Position numbers and translations under genes: made by a program
From: Halocafeteria seosinensis
Taxonomy: Eukaryota
Length of the DNA: 64,000 nucleotides
Reading direction: 5' to 3'
Assembly: GCA_001687465.1 (NCBI GenBank)
Contig: LVLI01000217.1
Span: 1-64,000, forward strand
Shown here: piece by piece, positions 51,074 through 62,237 of the stretch
Position numbering within the stretch: position 1 is the stretch's first letter
How the letters are laid out: each line of letters opens with the position of its first letter
Notes under the pieces: model-generated
The model's database searches: none
Told to the model about the DNA's origin: nothing
What the model saw: the letters and a program-made list of their open reading frames with translations, nothing else

Positions 51074-52145
51074 ATGAAGTCGTGGTTTCTTCTTGACTTA
51101 GTTTAGTCTTAATGATCTGCTGCTTCAGTAAACTTCTTTGACGTATCGATGTCTTCAGCTGGATCCTCAGTTTTTCGCATTCCTGTCGAATTAACGTATT
51201 TTCGTCTTGCAAAGCCCTCGTATCACAAATGCTTTTCCTCGATAGGAGCGACTCTCTAAGCTGTTCGACCGTGGCTGCATGGGCTTCTCGTTCCATGGCC
51301 AGCGCCTCTTGTAAGGACTGCACATTGGTAAGCGCGCTATTCCTTAGTTCCACCTGAGTGCATCCGCCATATGAGTTGCATGGAGTGAAGCTTCGCCAGG
51401 TTTGGAATGCTGACATCATAATCAAAGTCTTTTGTTTCAACAGTATTGCGTCGATTGAGCGTAGTGCTACTGCTTGTTTCAGCCGGGTTGTAGATCCCCC
51501 GTATCCCATAAAAGACGATTCCCTCTCGCTCTTTCTATTCTTGTTTTGTAGTACCCTAGTCTTCCACCGATAGAAAGATTGAGCCTTCGAACGGGTGTCT
51601 CGCTTAACTTGAAGATACCCCCTTGCATACTGACCAAAGATGTGCCACCGGTGTTCCCAGGAATCTCCGTCAAATCTCCAATGGTAAAAGGCCGAAGCAA
51701 TACATTTTGACATTCTTCGACCCACGAGTCCATGGAGCTTGCTAATGGCATACTTTCGCCGGTACTCCCTTGCAACAGCTCCGTGCCCACTCCCCTCCGC
51801 TTCCCGTCTCTGCACCTCTGCTTCTACTTGTTGGTAAATTTCGTTCTGTAGCTCGGCGATCTTCTCCCTCATCAGCCGTTCATGTTTTTGTTCTAGGCGG
51901 TAGCAGACCCGAGCCGCCTGCATACGTAAAGGGCCTCTGTACCGATGGGAGTGTTCAAGGTTGGCCCTTTGGGGTGCACTTACCTGGGCTTTAATGACAA
52001 GGATGTCGTTAGATTCTGCCCAGCCATTGGAGTTAACAGACTTTATGGTACTAGACGCTTCGCCATAGTCAGCGCTTGGCTTCCCGTAGACTTGGCTCCT
52101 GCTGTTCATCTCTACGGTGCTTTTGCAGGATAAGGTAATTGTCAA
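51057..52145 (-). CDS. Coiled-coil protein with Sfi1-like (F..W) repeats; 5' exons probably extend to about 52760
   Basis: AFYHWR, SFYRWK and AFQTWR motifs flanked by coiled coils. Confidence 0.55.
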   Translation of the reverse strand: MTITLSCKSTVEMNSRSQVYGKPSADYGEASSTIKSVNSNGWAESNDILVIKAQVSAPQRANLEHSHRYRGPLRMQAARVCYRLEQKHERLMREKIAELQNEIYQQVEAEVQRREAEGSGHGAVAREYRRKYAISKLHGLVGRRMSKCIASAFYHWRFDGDSWEHRWHIFGQYARGYLQVKRDTRSKAQSFYRWKTRVLQNKNRKSERESSFMGYGGSTTRLKQAVALRSIDAILLKQKTLIMMSAFQTWRSFTPCNSYGGCTQVELRNSALTNVQSLQEALAMEREAHAATVEQLRESLLSRKSICDTRALQDENTLIRQECEKLRIQLKTSIRQRSLLKQQIIKTKLSQEETTTSFNQTG

Positions 52146-53361
52146 CTGATGGCCGCCAAAGTGCTACAAGGCAATCGTCTCGATTCCATTATGTCCCAAT
52201 TCTCCACTTTAGTTGTCGATAGACCTTGTCAAATCGATGAGCCGTCAGCAGCAATCTATGTTAGCTCTATAAGTCTACCATCTTTAGTCAATAATTTCCT
52301 AGATTGGAACCACCGTTGTGAAACCACAGGTTGCACGACTTAGTAAATCTACGCCACAAAATGCCAGACTTGTCTATCTTTGATTGATAAATTTACGGTA
52401 TACCACCCTTACTGTATGTGTGAAGAACCTCATACTCACAAAGAGTCCGAGCGTTGGTGGCCCAATGGTGTCTTCGACGGTGTGAAGATCCCCCAACAAC
52501 ATTTCCACCCAGCCGCCGGCAGCCGGAGGCCATAAAATAATACACACTACTACTACGCATGATCCAAATGAGGATCTTGGGAGGGGGAGAGAGAATCTTG
52601 GTAGCTTACGCAGGAGAGTCAGACACAGAAGCATGTTCCCCGTCTATCCAATGGAATGGAGGAGTTCGGTGGTATGAGGCTCTTACGACTACAGTAGGCG
52701 TCTGCAACTNTTGGGTTGTGGCCATAAAAATAGATGCAGACGCATCAGTCGTCATTAATTTTATCCGGTTTATTCCCTTTCGGAGACGAAGCCATTACGT
52801 CTTGCGGACATGCATGAGGCATGCATTCAGGGGAGGCTTGGCATAGAATCTTTGAAAAATGTCGTGTGGCCGTTTGCTTCGGCGTCAGTAGAGAAGATTG
52901 CTTCATGGCAACATCAAATCCCCCTGACTAACCTACCCTGGTATTGTATCGCGTTTGATTGCACAAGGCCTTCCATATCCTGAGTTTCTCTGCGAGCGAA
53001 CAGGGGGTTTAGATTATCCTATTGCTCATCTTGGACGTGCAGGAGTTTCCAGTTGAGTTTCGTTGTAAGTTCGCTTGTAACGTGTGTAGCTACTTGTTTT
53101 TCATTTGAGCACTAAAGCGTTGTTGCATTCTTCTCTACTATAAATTCACCCCTCACGCCGTAACGTAGCCTGTGCGTCTTTCGGTAGGAGCAATACTAAT
53201 ACACACTATGAATTCAAAATCTTCAAGTCCCTAACTAACCACGACGAGATGCAACAAACGTGCACACCACTGAACAAACTGGTACGCTTGGGTGTTTTGC
53301 AAATGGAGCCAAAAGAACAGTGTATTCATGCATATCTGAGGAGTTGTTGGTCGGAGTATAT

Positions 53362-56300
53362 CTAAGAGTCCGTTGACTCTCGTGGTCCGTACTTCCTTTC
53401 GAAGTCATCAGGCACAACTGCTTTCTCTCCCGTTTCGAAGTCACCAATTACCGACCACACGTTGCTCCGCCCTACATTCACATCGCCCGTTCTTAGATTG
53501 TGGCGAATATTCAAACGGTAAAACAGTTCTTTGTTTATGGAGTGATTAAGAACGCTTTGTACATGGGAAGCTGTGCCGCGATTCTCGATCTCTGAGAATT
53601 TCATGGGTGACTCCAATTGGCTTCGCTGAGGGCCGTACACAAAATTCGCGTCCCGGACAAAATCGCTGCGGATGGTTCCTTTCAACGTCACCTCGGCGTT
53701 CAGGTTGTCCGTCAATATATATATTGAAGAAATACGTGCGACTGCTTCAACAGCAAGCACTTGCCATGGCCCGGTGCTGACGTTCGGCTGCCCCAGTGTG
53801 TCTTCGAACACCACCCTGAAAAATAAAGGTAGTCCAGGGGAGTCGAGAGAGAAAGTGCTCCCCCAGCGTTTGTTTTCTTTTTCCTCTGCGACCTTCGTGG
53901 AGATCACTCCTTGTCGAGAATCGAGCAGTTGCAGAAATGTTTGCTCGTGTATGCCCTGAGTGTTGTTTACAACTACCACCGATATATCAACGTCTCCGTT
54001 CCTTTGTGTTTCTGAATGTGGTGACGACACACTAATCACGGAAAGCATATCCCCTTGGATTGTGTCAAAATCAGTTTCTCCTTGCAACTCAATCCGATAT
54101 GTAACGGGAGGGGTTAATTCCTCTTCGTGTTCTACAAGTAGAACGCCGTTCTGGGGATTTGCAGACAGCCAACTAATTGCAATTCTTTCTTCCCCCCGCT
54201 GGTTCTCGTCGGCGACGAAAGTAACGGCGTAACGTTGCATATTCAATGATTCACTGTTCGATATGAAGCCTCGGAGACGGATAGAACTGTCACTGGGTTG
54301 ACGGACTGTCGGCAAAGTTTGGATATCCACCAGTTTCATAGCGGGACCTATCTCGACGAACTTGTCATTTTGTTTTGCAACTATGCGAAACCAGTGAGCA
54401 CTTGCGGTATCAATTGAAATAGAATATCTATCATTTTCATTCACGTCCAACTGCGGGGACGCGGAGGCACTCGCTGAGTCAAGATCCTCCTTAGTTTGAG
54501 CATATTCAAAAAAGACGACGATAGTTTCCGCTATGTCGTTACTACCGGAAACAATGCCCTTCAGTGTCTCGTTACCCTCAGGGTTGAGCTTACTTGCCAG
54601 AGTATGCAGCGTCAGTACGCGAAGCACTTCACCGCTTAGCGTCTTTGGCTGAGAACTGAACGAGTTTTTATTCGCCTCTACCTGGAGTGCATAGTATACT
54701 GGCTCGTCTTGGGCGTTGACGGCCTCCACAGACTCGTATAGGCCTGCATCTGAATCAACTAAGATTGCTTCTACTTGCTTGTCGAGGCTATCTGCATTGG
54801 TGCCATAAACGAAGCGAACATTCGTCGCGTCTTTCTTTCGACTTGTTACAACTCCTCTCAAAGTAGCATTTCCAGCTCCGTTGTATGAAGTCAGAAGCGT
54901 CTCGAGTCCTTTGAGAGCTCGCCGTATGCCACCCCGCACTTCAGCAGCCGTTGGCGAGGCACCTGAAAAATCGTTTTCTGGATTTCGTACCACGACTTCA
55001 TAAAATACGGGACCTTCGAACCTAACCTCCACGGAGGCATTGAACGTTCGGTCGGTATCTGCTGGTCTAGCCTGGACTTCATGTTCTAACTGACTCCGGT
55101 TGTTCCCGTATTGAAACACGATATGCCCATCAAACAGATCATCATGACCGCTGGTGTCGACAACTGCTTGGAACGTAACTCGATTGTCGGATTCTTCTTC
55201 GAAAGCTACCGTCGTCGTTTGAACCTTGAGCACCGGTAACTCCATTCCCGCAAATTCTATTCCATCCACACTTCCAGCTATTCTGTAGCATTGTGGCTCA
55301 GTAAAAACGGAAACAGAACTAAAAAAGCCGTTTCCCTCGTCCTTGGCACCCTCTATGCCAATATCTAGTTGACCACAAGCAGAGGTCTGAAATACAACCT
55401 CGGCCGAGCTAGCATGAGTCACTACGCCTCCGAGACGCGTCTCTCCATTTTCGCCCAACACTGCTAACTCCGTCCTGACAACGTCTATAGCCTGCTCTAC
55501 GTCACCCCTAATTTCATTTGGGTCTAGAGCTGTGGCCGCCAACTTTGTGCCAGGGATACTCACCACCACTTGATAGAACAAGGGACCAGTGGTTTCAATA
55601 TCAGCCTCGTATGTGTCTAAATCCACTTGACTTGCTCTTTTTGAGTGGTCCAGGTTTGTTGGTGAGGAGCCATAATCGAAGCGCACATCTAGTTTCTGAT
55701 TGTCAGTACTCTTAACGTTAGCCTTCGGCATAACGCTGTCAACGGCTGAAAAGGATACTTGAAGGGTATCCACTGTCTCTAATACTGGCAAACACTCTCC
55801 AAATACTGTTTTAGTATCATCCATCGTTACGGAAATATGATAAGAACGAGCAGAATCAAGCTTCGGTAACATCATGTATTCCTTAGGTCGCAAGATTTTC
55901 ACATCGAAAATATCCTGCCGATCACCACGGCAATCAGCAGATGTGTTATACGTTGTAAAGCTCAATGTAAAGCGATCGTCGTCTTGAAAACTCACCCCAA
56001 GAGGGTGTTGCTCCGTCGAAGGCGCCACCAGTCGAGTCTCAACCTTCCACAGCTCGTTCTTACTGGAGGTTATCCGATTGTCGAACTCGGTGTTCCCCTT
56101 CTCCAATTCGAACGCATAATTTAAAGTATCGTCGAATCCTTTATTGGGTATGGTAACCTCATATGGGCCATACGCCGCAACGGATCTATCTATTGATCCC
56201 CACCCACTTGAGGAGCCCGTATCAATAAATAGCTCGTATGTTCCCTGTTCATCAACATAGGGCATCAAACCGTCGGGTTCGACTTGGACAAAATAGGTCC

Positions 56301-59300
56301 CTGCTGCTATGTTAACAGATAGTTCATCATCTCCGTCACTTAGCCGTTTGTCTGCCTCGAGGACACGATTCCGTGAATTGAAGACCCTGGCAATAATGCT
56401 TACCAAATTACTATTGCTATGTTCTGCTTGGACCCGTATCGTGCTCGACGACGGAAGTTCAAAAACGAAGTAGTCCGTATCGTCACTGGTGTGGAAGCTA
56501 AGACGGATACGCTCACCCAGAAGATAGAGCGGTGACGCTTCATCAAAATAGTCATTTGGCTCAAACGCGTCTTTCTCATCCGTCGTGACAGCACCCCCTC
56601 CCTCTAATTTTGCTTCGGCTGCTGTACAATCCGCTGAAGAGCAGTCCTTCGCAGGGTCGTGCTTTGCCAGCACTTTAACACCAAAATCACTAGGCTTTTG
56701 AAGCGCCGACAGGAAGACAATACCACGGAGCAGTCCGCCATCAGCCGTAAATTTGCTTTGAATGGTTGCGATTTTGAAATCGGCAAATTCGTTCGTTTGA
56801 AAGACTGCTGAAAACTGGAGATTTTGTCCACCTAAACAGCGCTGGTTCTGAGCCGCGGTGATGATGGAGAAGGTACTCGCTCTGTCGACAGAACTGGTGA
56901 ACACTTTCTTGTCGTTGTTCAAGCTATATCCGTAAGCATCCTGTCTTGCGTCTTCGGATCCGATGCCCAAAAACTTAACAAACGACTTACTGTGGAATTT
57001 ATCCCGAATCCCCACTCTAACGTAGCTACTGGGTATGTCGTTCAAAGATCGATCAGGGAACAACGGTTCCACGTATATCAGAGTTCGCTTCTCGGCAGAT
57101 ATTCTTGGACCATGCTTTGGTCGCAAGACAATTTTATATTCGACTTCGTCGAGTGAGCCACTGTCTGCCTGCGCTTCATATTCGAAGCCGTCAATTTCGT
57201 CAAGTCGTCTTCGTTTTTGAGTTTGTACCACATTGTCTCCATTCCCATACTCTACAAAGACGTCACTAGACATGATCCCCCTATTTTGAATATAGCCGGT
57301 AAAATTGAAAGCACTCGGTTTGGCGGCCCTCTCCCCCTGGATCGTAGTGATATGGTCAACCGACAATGCTTTTGCAACTAATCCAATATCAGGAAGCACT
57401 TCAAAGTCCTTGGAAGTGAACGCGTCAAGTTCTTGATCTATCTTCCAGGAAAACGAAACGCGGTTCTCATCGTCGGAATTCCAAAAGGAAATGAGAGTCT
57501 GATCAATTAGCTGTGAGCCGTTCAGGTTTCCCACCCGGAAATGATTCTCCTGATGATTGTAGTTAAGTCTTTCTGTGACTTGGCTAAAAAAGTAGCAGTG
57601 GTCCGGTTCTAACAGAACGTCCCCTGTGTCAAAAAACCTAGCTACTTCTCGGCGGACACCACCTTCGAAACGTGCTCGCCCCAAGAGAGAATCAGTATGT
57701 ACAACGTCATTCTCAATGGTACACCGGTACAGCTTGCCAATATAGTCGGGATATGTCCCATCAGCACCTCCGGCAAGACCCTCAAGAAGAACATAGTCTC
57801 TCACTTGGAAGGCATATCCTCGTTCAAGATAAGTGTTTTCAATGGGATCCAGGAGATCGGCGAAGTTCGCGAGAAACGCACCTTCATGTTGAGTCTTCCT
57901 GGAGAGGACGAACCCTACATTGGGATAGTGCCCGTCGGATGAAGAATGGATTGTGTCCCCGTCGCTAATAGGATTAGAAGATTCAACAACTGGACCCCAT
58001 CGCTTCATTTTAACATTGAAGAAGGACTCAGTAAACGTTGAAGAAGCGGTGCGCGAAACCACATGACTACCTCCTTCGACTTTCTGCGCTATGACATAAC
58101 CTTGTCCAGCATTGAGAGTACGCCAGGTCCTAAAAAAAAGTCTCATTCCGTTATCCGAAGCGCTGAATTTGTACAGTCGTGGGCCAACTGTTATGCTTCC
58201 ATTCACAAGCGTAGCTGTGTGCAGAGTCACCTCCAGGGTGGTTCCGCCATCAGAAGACGCCAACAGACCCTCTATGGCTATATCCTCGCCAGGCTCAAAG
58301 AACACGCCCATCACAGCTGGTTCGTCTGCTACGACTTCTAAAGCTCTCGCCGCACTATAAGGCGAAAAAAATTCAGGTCGGTACGAAGTATCTCTAAGCG
58401 ATGGAGAGGAGGAACCGGGGAAGTTCTCGCCAGCTACACCATTCTCACTGATAGCTGCTGCTCGAATGTAAACCGGTAGATCACGAGCTAGCGGAACGGC
58501 CGACCGTGCATAGGCGTCCAGAGGAGGATCATCATCATCATGCCATGGAGAAATACGATGAAATGTTTTCATGAACGTGCCGTTATGGATCCTGTCAAAC
58601 ACCACGGTGATCGGGTTGGATGTTCGCCTTTCAATACGCGCAGTCAATTCTACATCAGGATAATCGAACTTTAGCCGTTGGAACTCTACATAAGGAGGGT
58701 CGCCATCACCGTTAGATTCATACTGAAACCCGAATCTGGGCAAGAACGGTACTCTCGCGTTATCTTGGGGAGCTGCATCTATCACTTCTTCCAAGTCATT
58801 TACAGAATTGCTTGTATTAGTATCGATTTGGTAGGACTCGACCCCTTGAGGTTCCCAGAGTCCAAGAACAGGGGAGAGCTCTGATAGTGTTTTATCGTCT
58901 GCCAGCTGCGTAATGCCATAGTGTTTTTCTTCAGAGAAATGACAGATCCAATAATCTGCAACGGTAAAAATGTCCACATCTTCGATATCAACAGATGACT
59001 CAAACCCATGCCCGGATACACTGCCTGAGGCTATTAAGGTAGAAATGTTACCCCCATCATCTTCGTAAAGAGCAACAGAAAAGTCCTGGCCACTCCCAAT
59101 GAGTCTTGTCACTGTAATGTTGATTGAGGGACGAAACTTACTGCAGAACCCACCACTGTTCGTAGAGGCTTCCACACCCACTCCATAGTCGGAAACTCTT
59201 AACTCTTTATCGTTACGCATATCATTCGGTACGGGCAGTACCTCACCAACCCTTTTCCCGCGCTCGGTGACTGCCGCAAAGCGGAAAAATTCTCCAGTAG

Positions 59301-60537
59301 CACAACCTTCGACTGACATCACGTTTATTCCAATATCTTCGAATGCTGATGGTACACCGATAGACTCCGCCCGCTCTGCTGAGCATCTCGATGTAATGTT
59401 ATCAAAGGAACTCGAGTCAGAAAACTCGAAAAAGGTTGATACAGTTCCACTACCTCCATAAAGCAGTGTACCGATGATATATCCCGGACTATTGTTGTTG
59501 AGGCTATCGTACGGCCTCTCGTTGTGCAAGCCGTTGGCCACCCCAGTAGTTTTGACTACGGCAGAGCGGACAGCTGTGTAGAACCTTAAACCCACAGGAG
59601 GAATCGGATTAAATGGATCCACACTTGCTTCCCGGAAATCATCGACGATATCTTTGGGTGACTCGTCACAGTATTGGTGTGGAGGGCATGGCGGGAGCGA
59701 AACCTTCATAGCAGACTCACTAACCCAGTCCAACACGGGATGCGCTTCTGCCCCAACTCCATTCGTAAACCCCTTCAATACCTTCATCGGAGGTTGGCCG
59801 TCGGGATCCTGGCAAAGTGAATACACCTTCCAAGGTAAAAGAGTGATACTTTCCGACGAAACATCGACTTCTCCGTCGCCGTTTGTATGGCCAAAGACGA
59901 TCAGCTCGGTAAACTTCATTGCTCCTGGGGGAGATATTGGACAGTCACCGGCTACAGTAGGGTCAAAACGGGGAGTGAAGAGGGAAACCCGGGTATTTTC
60001 CGCCCCCACCAGCTTCTTCACTTCTAGTTGTTTAGAGGGTTGGAAATTCATACATAGATAGTCATTCTCGTCGTTGTTGACATCAGTAATGTTATCGCTA
60101 AAATCTAGAAGACTCAAGTGTCCCTCCCCTGGGATGAGGTTTAGAATGCAACCATCAATAACCTCGTACGTCATTATACAACCACCGGTGAAGTCGAAAA
60201 GAATCTTTCCATTATCCGTATATGCCTCCGCGGTACCACCACGAACGGGGAACGTCAGCGATTCTGCACTAGATTCCGAGATTTGAAAGACGAAGCAATT
60301 GCAGTTATCGTCCCCAGCCGTTGAAGCTATGGTACCACTCTCTATGCTGATTTCGTACCCCAGAGAGCATTGGTCATCACAACCAACAAAGGGACATTGG
60401 GGGGATACATGCGTCCGTGAAATCTTCCCTTCCTTACAGCCTGCAGCATCCCGGATCAAGGTTGCAAAGCCCAACGCGAGAATAGCAAGCATGTAAGCCG
60501 TAGATGAGTGCCACATTCTACTACTGCATATACACAA
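53362..60537 (-). CDS. Large secreted multidomain beta-repeat protein (about 2.4k aa)
   Basis: 7.2-kb uninterrupted ORF; signal peptide, Cys-rich N-terminus, PPC-like domain (DAFEPND..DTDYFVF..AGTYFVQV), repeated L.G.V...V.F.YG modules. Confidence 0.85.
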   Translation of the reverse strand: MCICSSRMWHSSTAYMLAILALGFATLIRDAAGCKEGKISRTHVSPQCPFVGCDDQCSLGYEISIESGTIASTAGDDNCNCFVFQISESSAESLTFPVRGGTAEAYTDNGKILFDFTGGCIMTYEVIDGCILNLIPGEGHLSLLDFSDNITDVNNDENDYLCMNFQPSKQLEVKKLVGAENTRVSLFTPRFDPTVAGDCPISPPGAMKFTELIVFGHTNGDGEVDVSSESITLLPWKVYSLCQDPDGQPPMKVLKGFTNGVGAEAHPVLDWVSESAMKVSLPPCPPHQYCDESPKDIVDDFREASVDPFNPIPPVGLRFYTAVRSAVVKTTGVANGLHNERPYDSLNNNSPGYIIGTLLYGGSGTVSTFFEFSDSSSFDNITSRCSAERAESIGVPSAFEDIGINVMSVEGCATGEFFRFAAVTERGKRVGEVLPVPNDMRNDKELRVSDYGVGVEASTNSGGFCSKFRPSINITVTRLIGSGQDFSVALYEDDGGNISTLIASGSVSGHGFESSVDIEDVDIFTVADYWICHFSEEKHYGITQLADDKTLSELSPVLGLWEPQGVESYQIDTNTSNSVNDLEEVIDAAPQDNARVPFLPRFGFQYESNGDGDPPYVEFQRLKFDYPDVELTARIERRTSNPITVVFDRIHNGTFMKTFHRISPWHDDDDPPLDAYARSAVPLARDLPVYIRAAAISENGVAGENFPGSSSPSLRDTSYRPEFFSPYSAARALEVVADEPAVMGVFFEPGEDIAIEGLLASSDGGTTLEVTLHTATLVNGSITVGPRLYKFSASDNGMRLFFRTWRTLNAGQGYVIAQKVEGGSHVVSRTASSTFTESFFNVKMKRWGPVVESSNPISDGDTIHSSSDGHYPNVGFVLSRKTQHEGAFLANFADLLDPIENTYLERGYAFQVRDYVLLEGLAGGADGTYPDYIGKLYRCTIENDVVHTDSLLGRARFEGGVRREVARFFDTGDVLLEPDHCYFFSQVTERLNYNHQENHFRVGNLNGSQLIDQTLISFWNSDDENRVSFSWKIDQELDAFTSKDFEVLPDIGLVAKALSVDHITTIQGERAAKPSAFNFTGYIQNRGIMSSDVFVEYGNGDNVVQTQKRRRLDEIDGFEYEAQADSGSLDEVEYKIVLRPKHGPRISAEKRTLIYVEPLFPDRSLNDIPSSYVRVGIRDKFHSKSFVKFLGIGSEDARQDAYGYSLNNDKKVFTSSVDRASTFSIITAAQNQRCLGGQNLQFSAVFQTNEFADFKIATIQSKFTADGGLLRGIVFLSALQKPSDFGVKVLAKHDPAKDCSSADCTAAEAKLEGGGAVTTDEKDAFEPNDYFDEASPLYLLGERIRLSFHTSDDTDYFVFELPSSSTIRVQAEHSNSNLVSIIARVFNSRNRVLEADKRLSDGDDELSVNIAAGTYFVQVEPDGLMPYVDEQGTYELFIDTGSSSGWGSIDRSVAAYGPYEVTIPNKGFDDTLNYAFELEKGNTEFDNRITSSKNELWKVETRLVAPSTEQHPLGVSFQDDDRFTLSFTTYNTSADCRGDRQDIFDVKILRPKEYMMLPKLDSARSYHISVTMDDTKTVFGECLPVLETVDTLQVSFSAVDSVMPKANVKSTDNQKLDVRFDYGSSPTNLDHSKRASQVDLDTYEADIETTGPLFYQVVVSIPGTKLAATALDPNEIRGDVEQAIDVVRTELAVLGENGETRLGGVVTHASSAEVVFQTSACGQLDIGIEGAKDEGNGFFSSVSVFTEPQCYRIAGSVDGIEFAGMELPVLKVQTTTVAFEEESDNRVTFQAVVDTSGHDDLFDGHIVFQYGNNRSQLEHEVQARPADTDRTFNASVEVRFEGPVFYEVVVRNPENDFSGASPTAAEVRGGIRRALKGLETLLTSYNGAGNATLRGVVTSRKKDATNVRFVYGTNADSLDKQVEAILVDSDAGLYESVEAVNAQDEPVYYALQVEANKNSFSSQPKTLSGEVLRVLTLHTLASKLNPEGNETLKGIVSGSNDIAETIVVFFEYAQTKEDLDSASASASPQLDVNENDRYSISIDTASAHWFRIVAKQNDKFVEIGPAMKLVDIQTLPTVRQPSDSSIRLRGFISNSESLNMQRYAVTFVADENQRGEERIAISWLSANPQNGVLLVEHEEELTPPVTYRIELQGETDFDTIQGDMLSVISVSSPHSETQRNGDVDISVVVVNNTQGIHEQTFLQLLDSRQGVISTKVAEEKENKRWGSTFSLDSPGLPLFFRVVFEDTLGQPNVSTGPWQVLAVEAVARISSIYILTDNLNAEVTLKGTIRSDFVRDANFVYGPQRSQLESPMKFSEIENRGTASHVQSVLNHSINKELFYRLNIRHNLRTGDVNVGRSNVWSVIGDFETGEKAVVPDDFERKYGPRESTDS

Positions 60538-62237
60538 AGGAAGAAGAAGCAGCTTTGTTACGATGGATCACCATCTAGACTAGTCTGTAATCTATCTGCG
60601 CAAAGAACCGGTTTCGACATCTCTCCCAAAAGCCCGTGTGTCTGACTCCCTGTGCCGCCCTGATAGGCCCTCCCGAATATTTAGCAACAATGAGACCAAA
60701 TGAGCATCAAAATAACCTTGATCATAAGCTAAAAGATATGAAGAGCGATTGCACCGGCTTATTGTCCTCTACGCTGCAAAGTGGAGACTCGGCCACTGAG
60801 CCCTTCTTCCTGGCGCCTTGGACAGACACACAGGCGGAGTCACCCGCACAGAAACATATACTAACGAAAACCCACAGACTCAATACCTACAAAGGAGGGA
60901 GAGAACAAAATAGAACTTGGAACTAGACTAAGAAACGAATTATGGTTACCTACGTTCCATGCGCGTATATTTCGGTCAAAACAGCCCGGGACAAAGATTC
61001 GGGGCGACCAAAGCTCAAATTTCGCACAAAGGAAACAGTTCTGTGCTCTTTTTCCTTAAGAACAATCTAGTTTGCAGTTCAGTTCCTCTGAAAGTTTGCT
61101 CCAAGAAACATGCAGCCAGATGCATTTCACAACCCAGCTACACTCTACGAATCTTCTCCCAATGCTGCAGTGCCAGCAAGCACTCTCTTGCCCGGGCTGG
61201 GCCACGGTTAGCCGGCCGGCTCCCGATGAGAGCGGCTACCTGAGTACCCTCTAAACGGCTCAGTCGCGAGCGACAGAAGAGTGTGTCGCATGCTTCTGTT
61301 AGCTCCACATGAACTGGCCAGTACAGGGACCCAATAAACCTTCCCTATACAACCATCAGGCCGCTGGGAGGCAAATAAAACTAGCGATATATCGTAGTGG
61401 CAGTGGGTCTACCTCCGCGAGAGAGCCAGTTACTAGGGCCGGACAGTTTCTCGTCAGTTATCCTGCTGTTCCTGCCCTCTCGTATTACGCGTGGACCCTG
61501 ACGTCGGCCACCTCGTATTTGCAAATGTGGCTCCGAAAGCAAAGCATTTTGCTCCAGCTGTGTAAAAACTAAAATAGAGGTATATCCAGAGTCGATTTCA
61601 TCCTTAGCAGTGAAAGGAAATGGACACGCAGCCGAGGTCCAACGAACAGCTGGCACCCCGAATCTTCGTCCTCTCTTCTTTTCCGCGCTCAGCGCTCCTG
61701 GTCCAGGGGTGCCACACTTCAGTAAATTCCGAGAGCTGTTGGTTGTGCACCGATTTGAAAAGACGCAACCAACTTTGAAGAAACAAGAGACGCAGTTTTA
61801 ATTTTTGTTTGCGAGAGAACGTGCCAAACATATATTGCGAACGAGACATCTGCCCCTTGCGAGCCAGAACCACCACGCGATCCTCTGTGTTCCCTCCCGC
61901 GCTCGTTTCAGATTAGCCAACAACATTGAGGGCAATGAAATCCGTTGTTGTTCAACAATTGACGCTGACAGCTTTGGTGCTGTTCACTGCGAATGTGCCA
62001 TGGTACGTGAAAATGGGGTTTTCGGGGAGTCCTGCTATCTTGCCCTTTAACTCTCCCTTGTCGTTCTTTTTGTAATTTCCAATGGCCGAAATCTTGCGAC
62101 ACACTGACTCCTTGTCCCTTGGCTTAGGGCATGTATCGAAAAAGCAAAGCAATCATAAGGGATTTGAAGGGTTTCATCGGAGGGTCCAGTGAAAGTAGAT
62201 CCGATAGGTGTCATGTTCCGTAGCCAAGCGTCTCTTA

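Noticed and set aside
61210..61262. Hammerhead-like CCGATGA-GAG...CTC-TAAAC
   Set aside because: Two invariant core positions (CUGAUGA, GAAA) are wrong and stems I/III are not evident.
60600..62200. Short ORFs between the secreted giant protein and the LRR gene
   Set aside because: No coherent gene, transposase/RT motif or terminal repeat was recognised.
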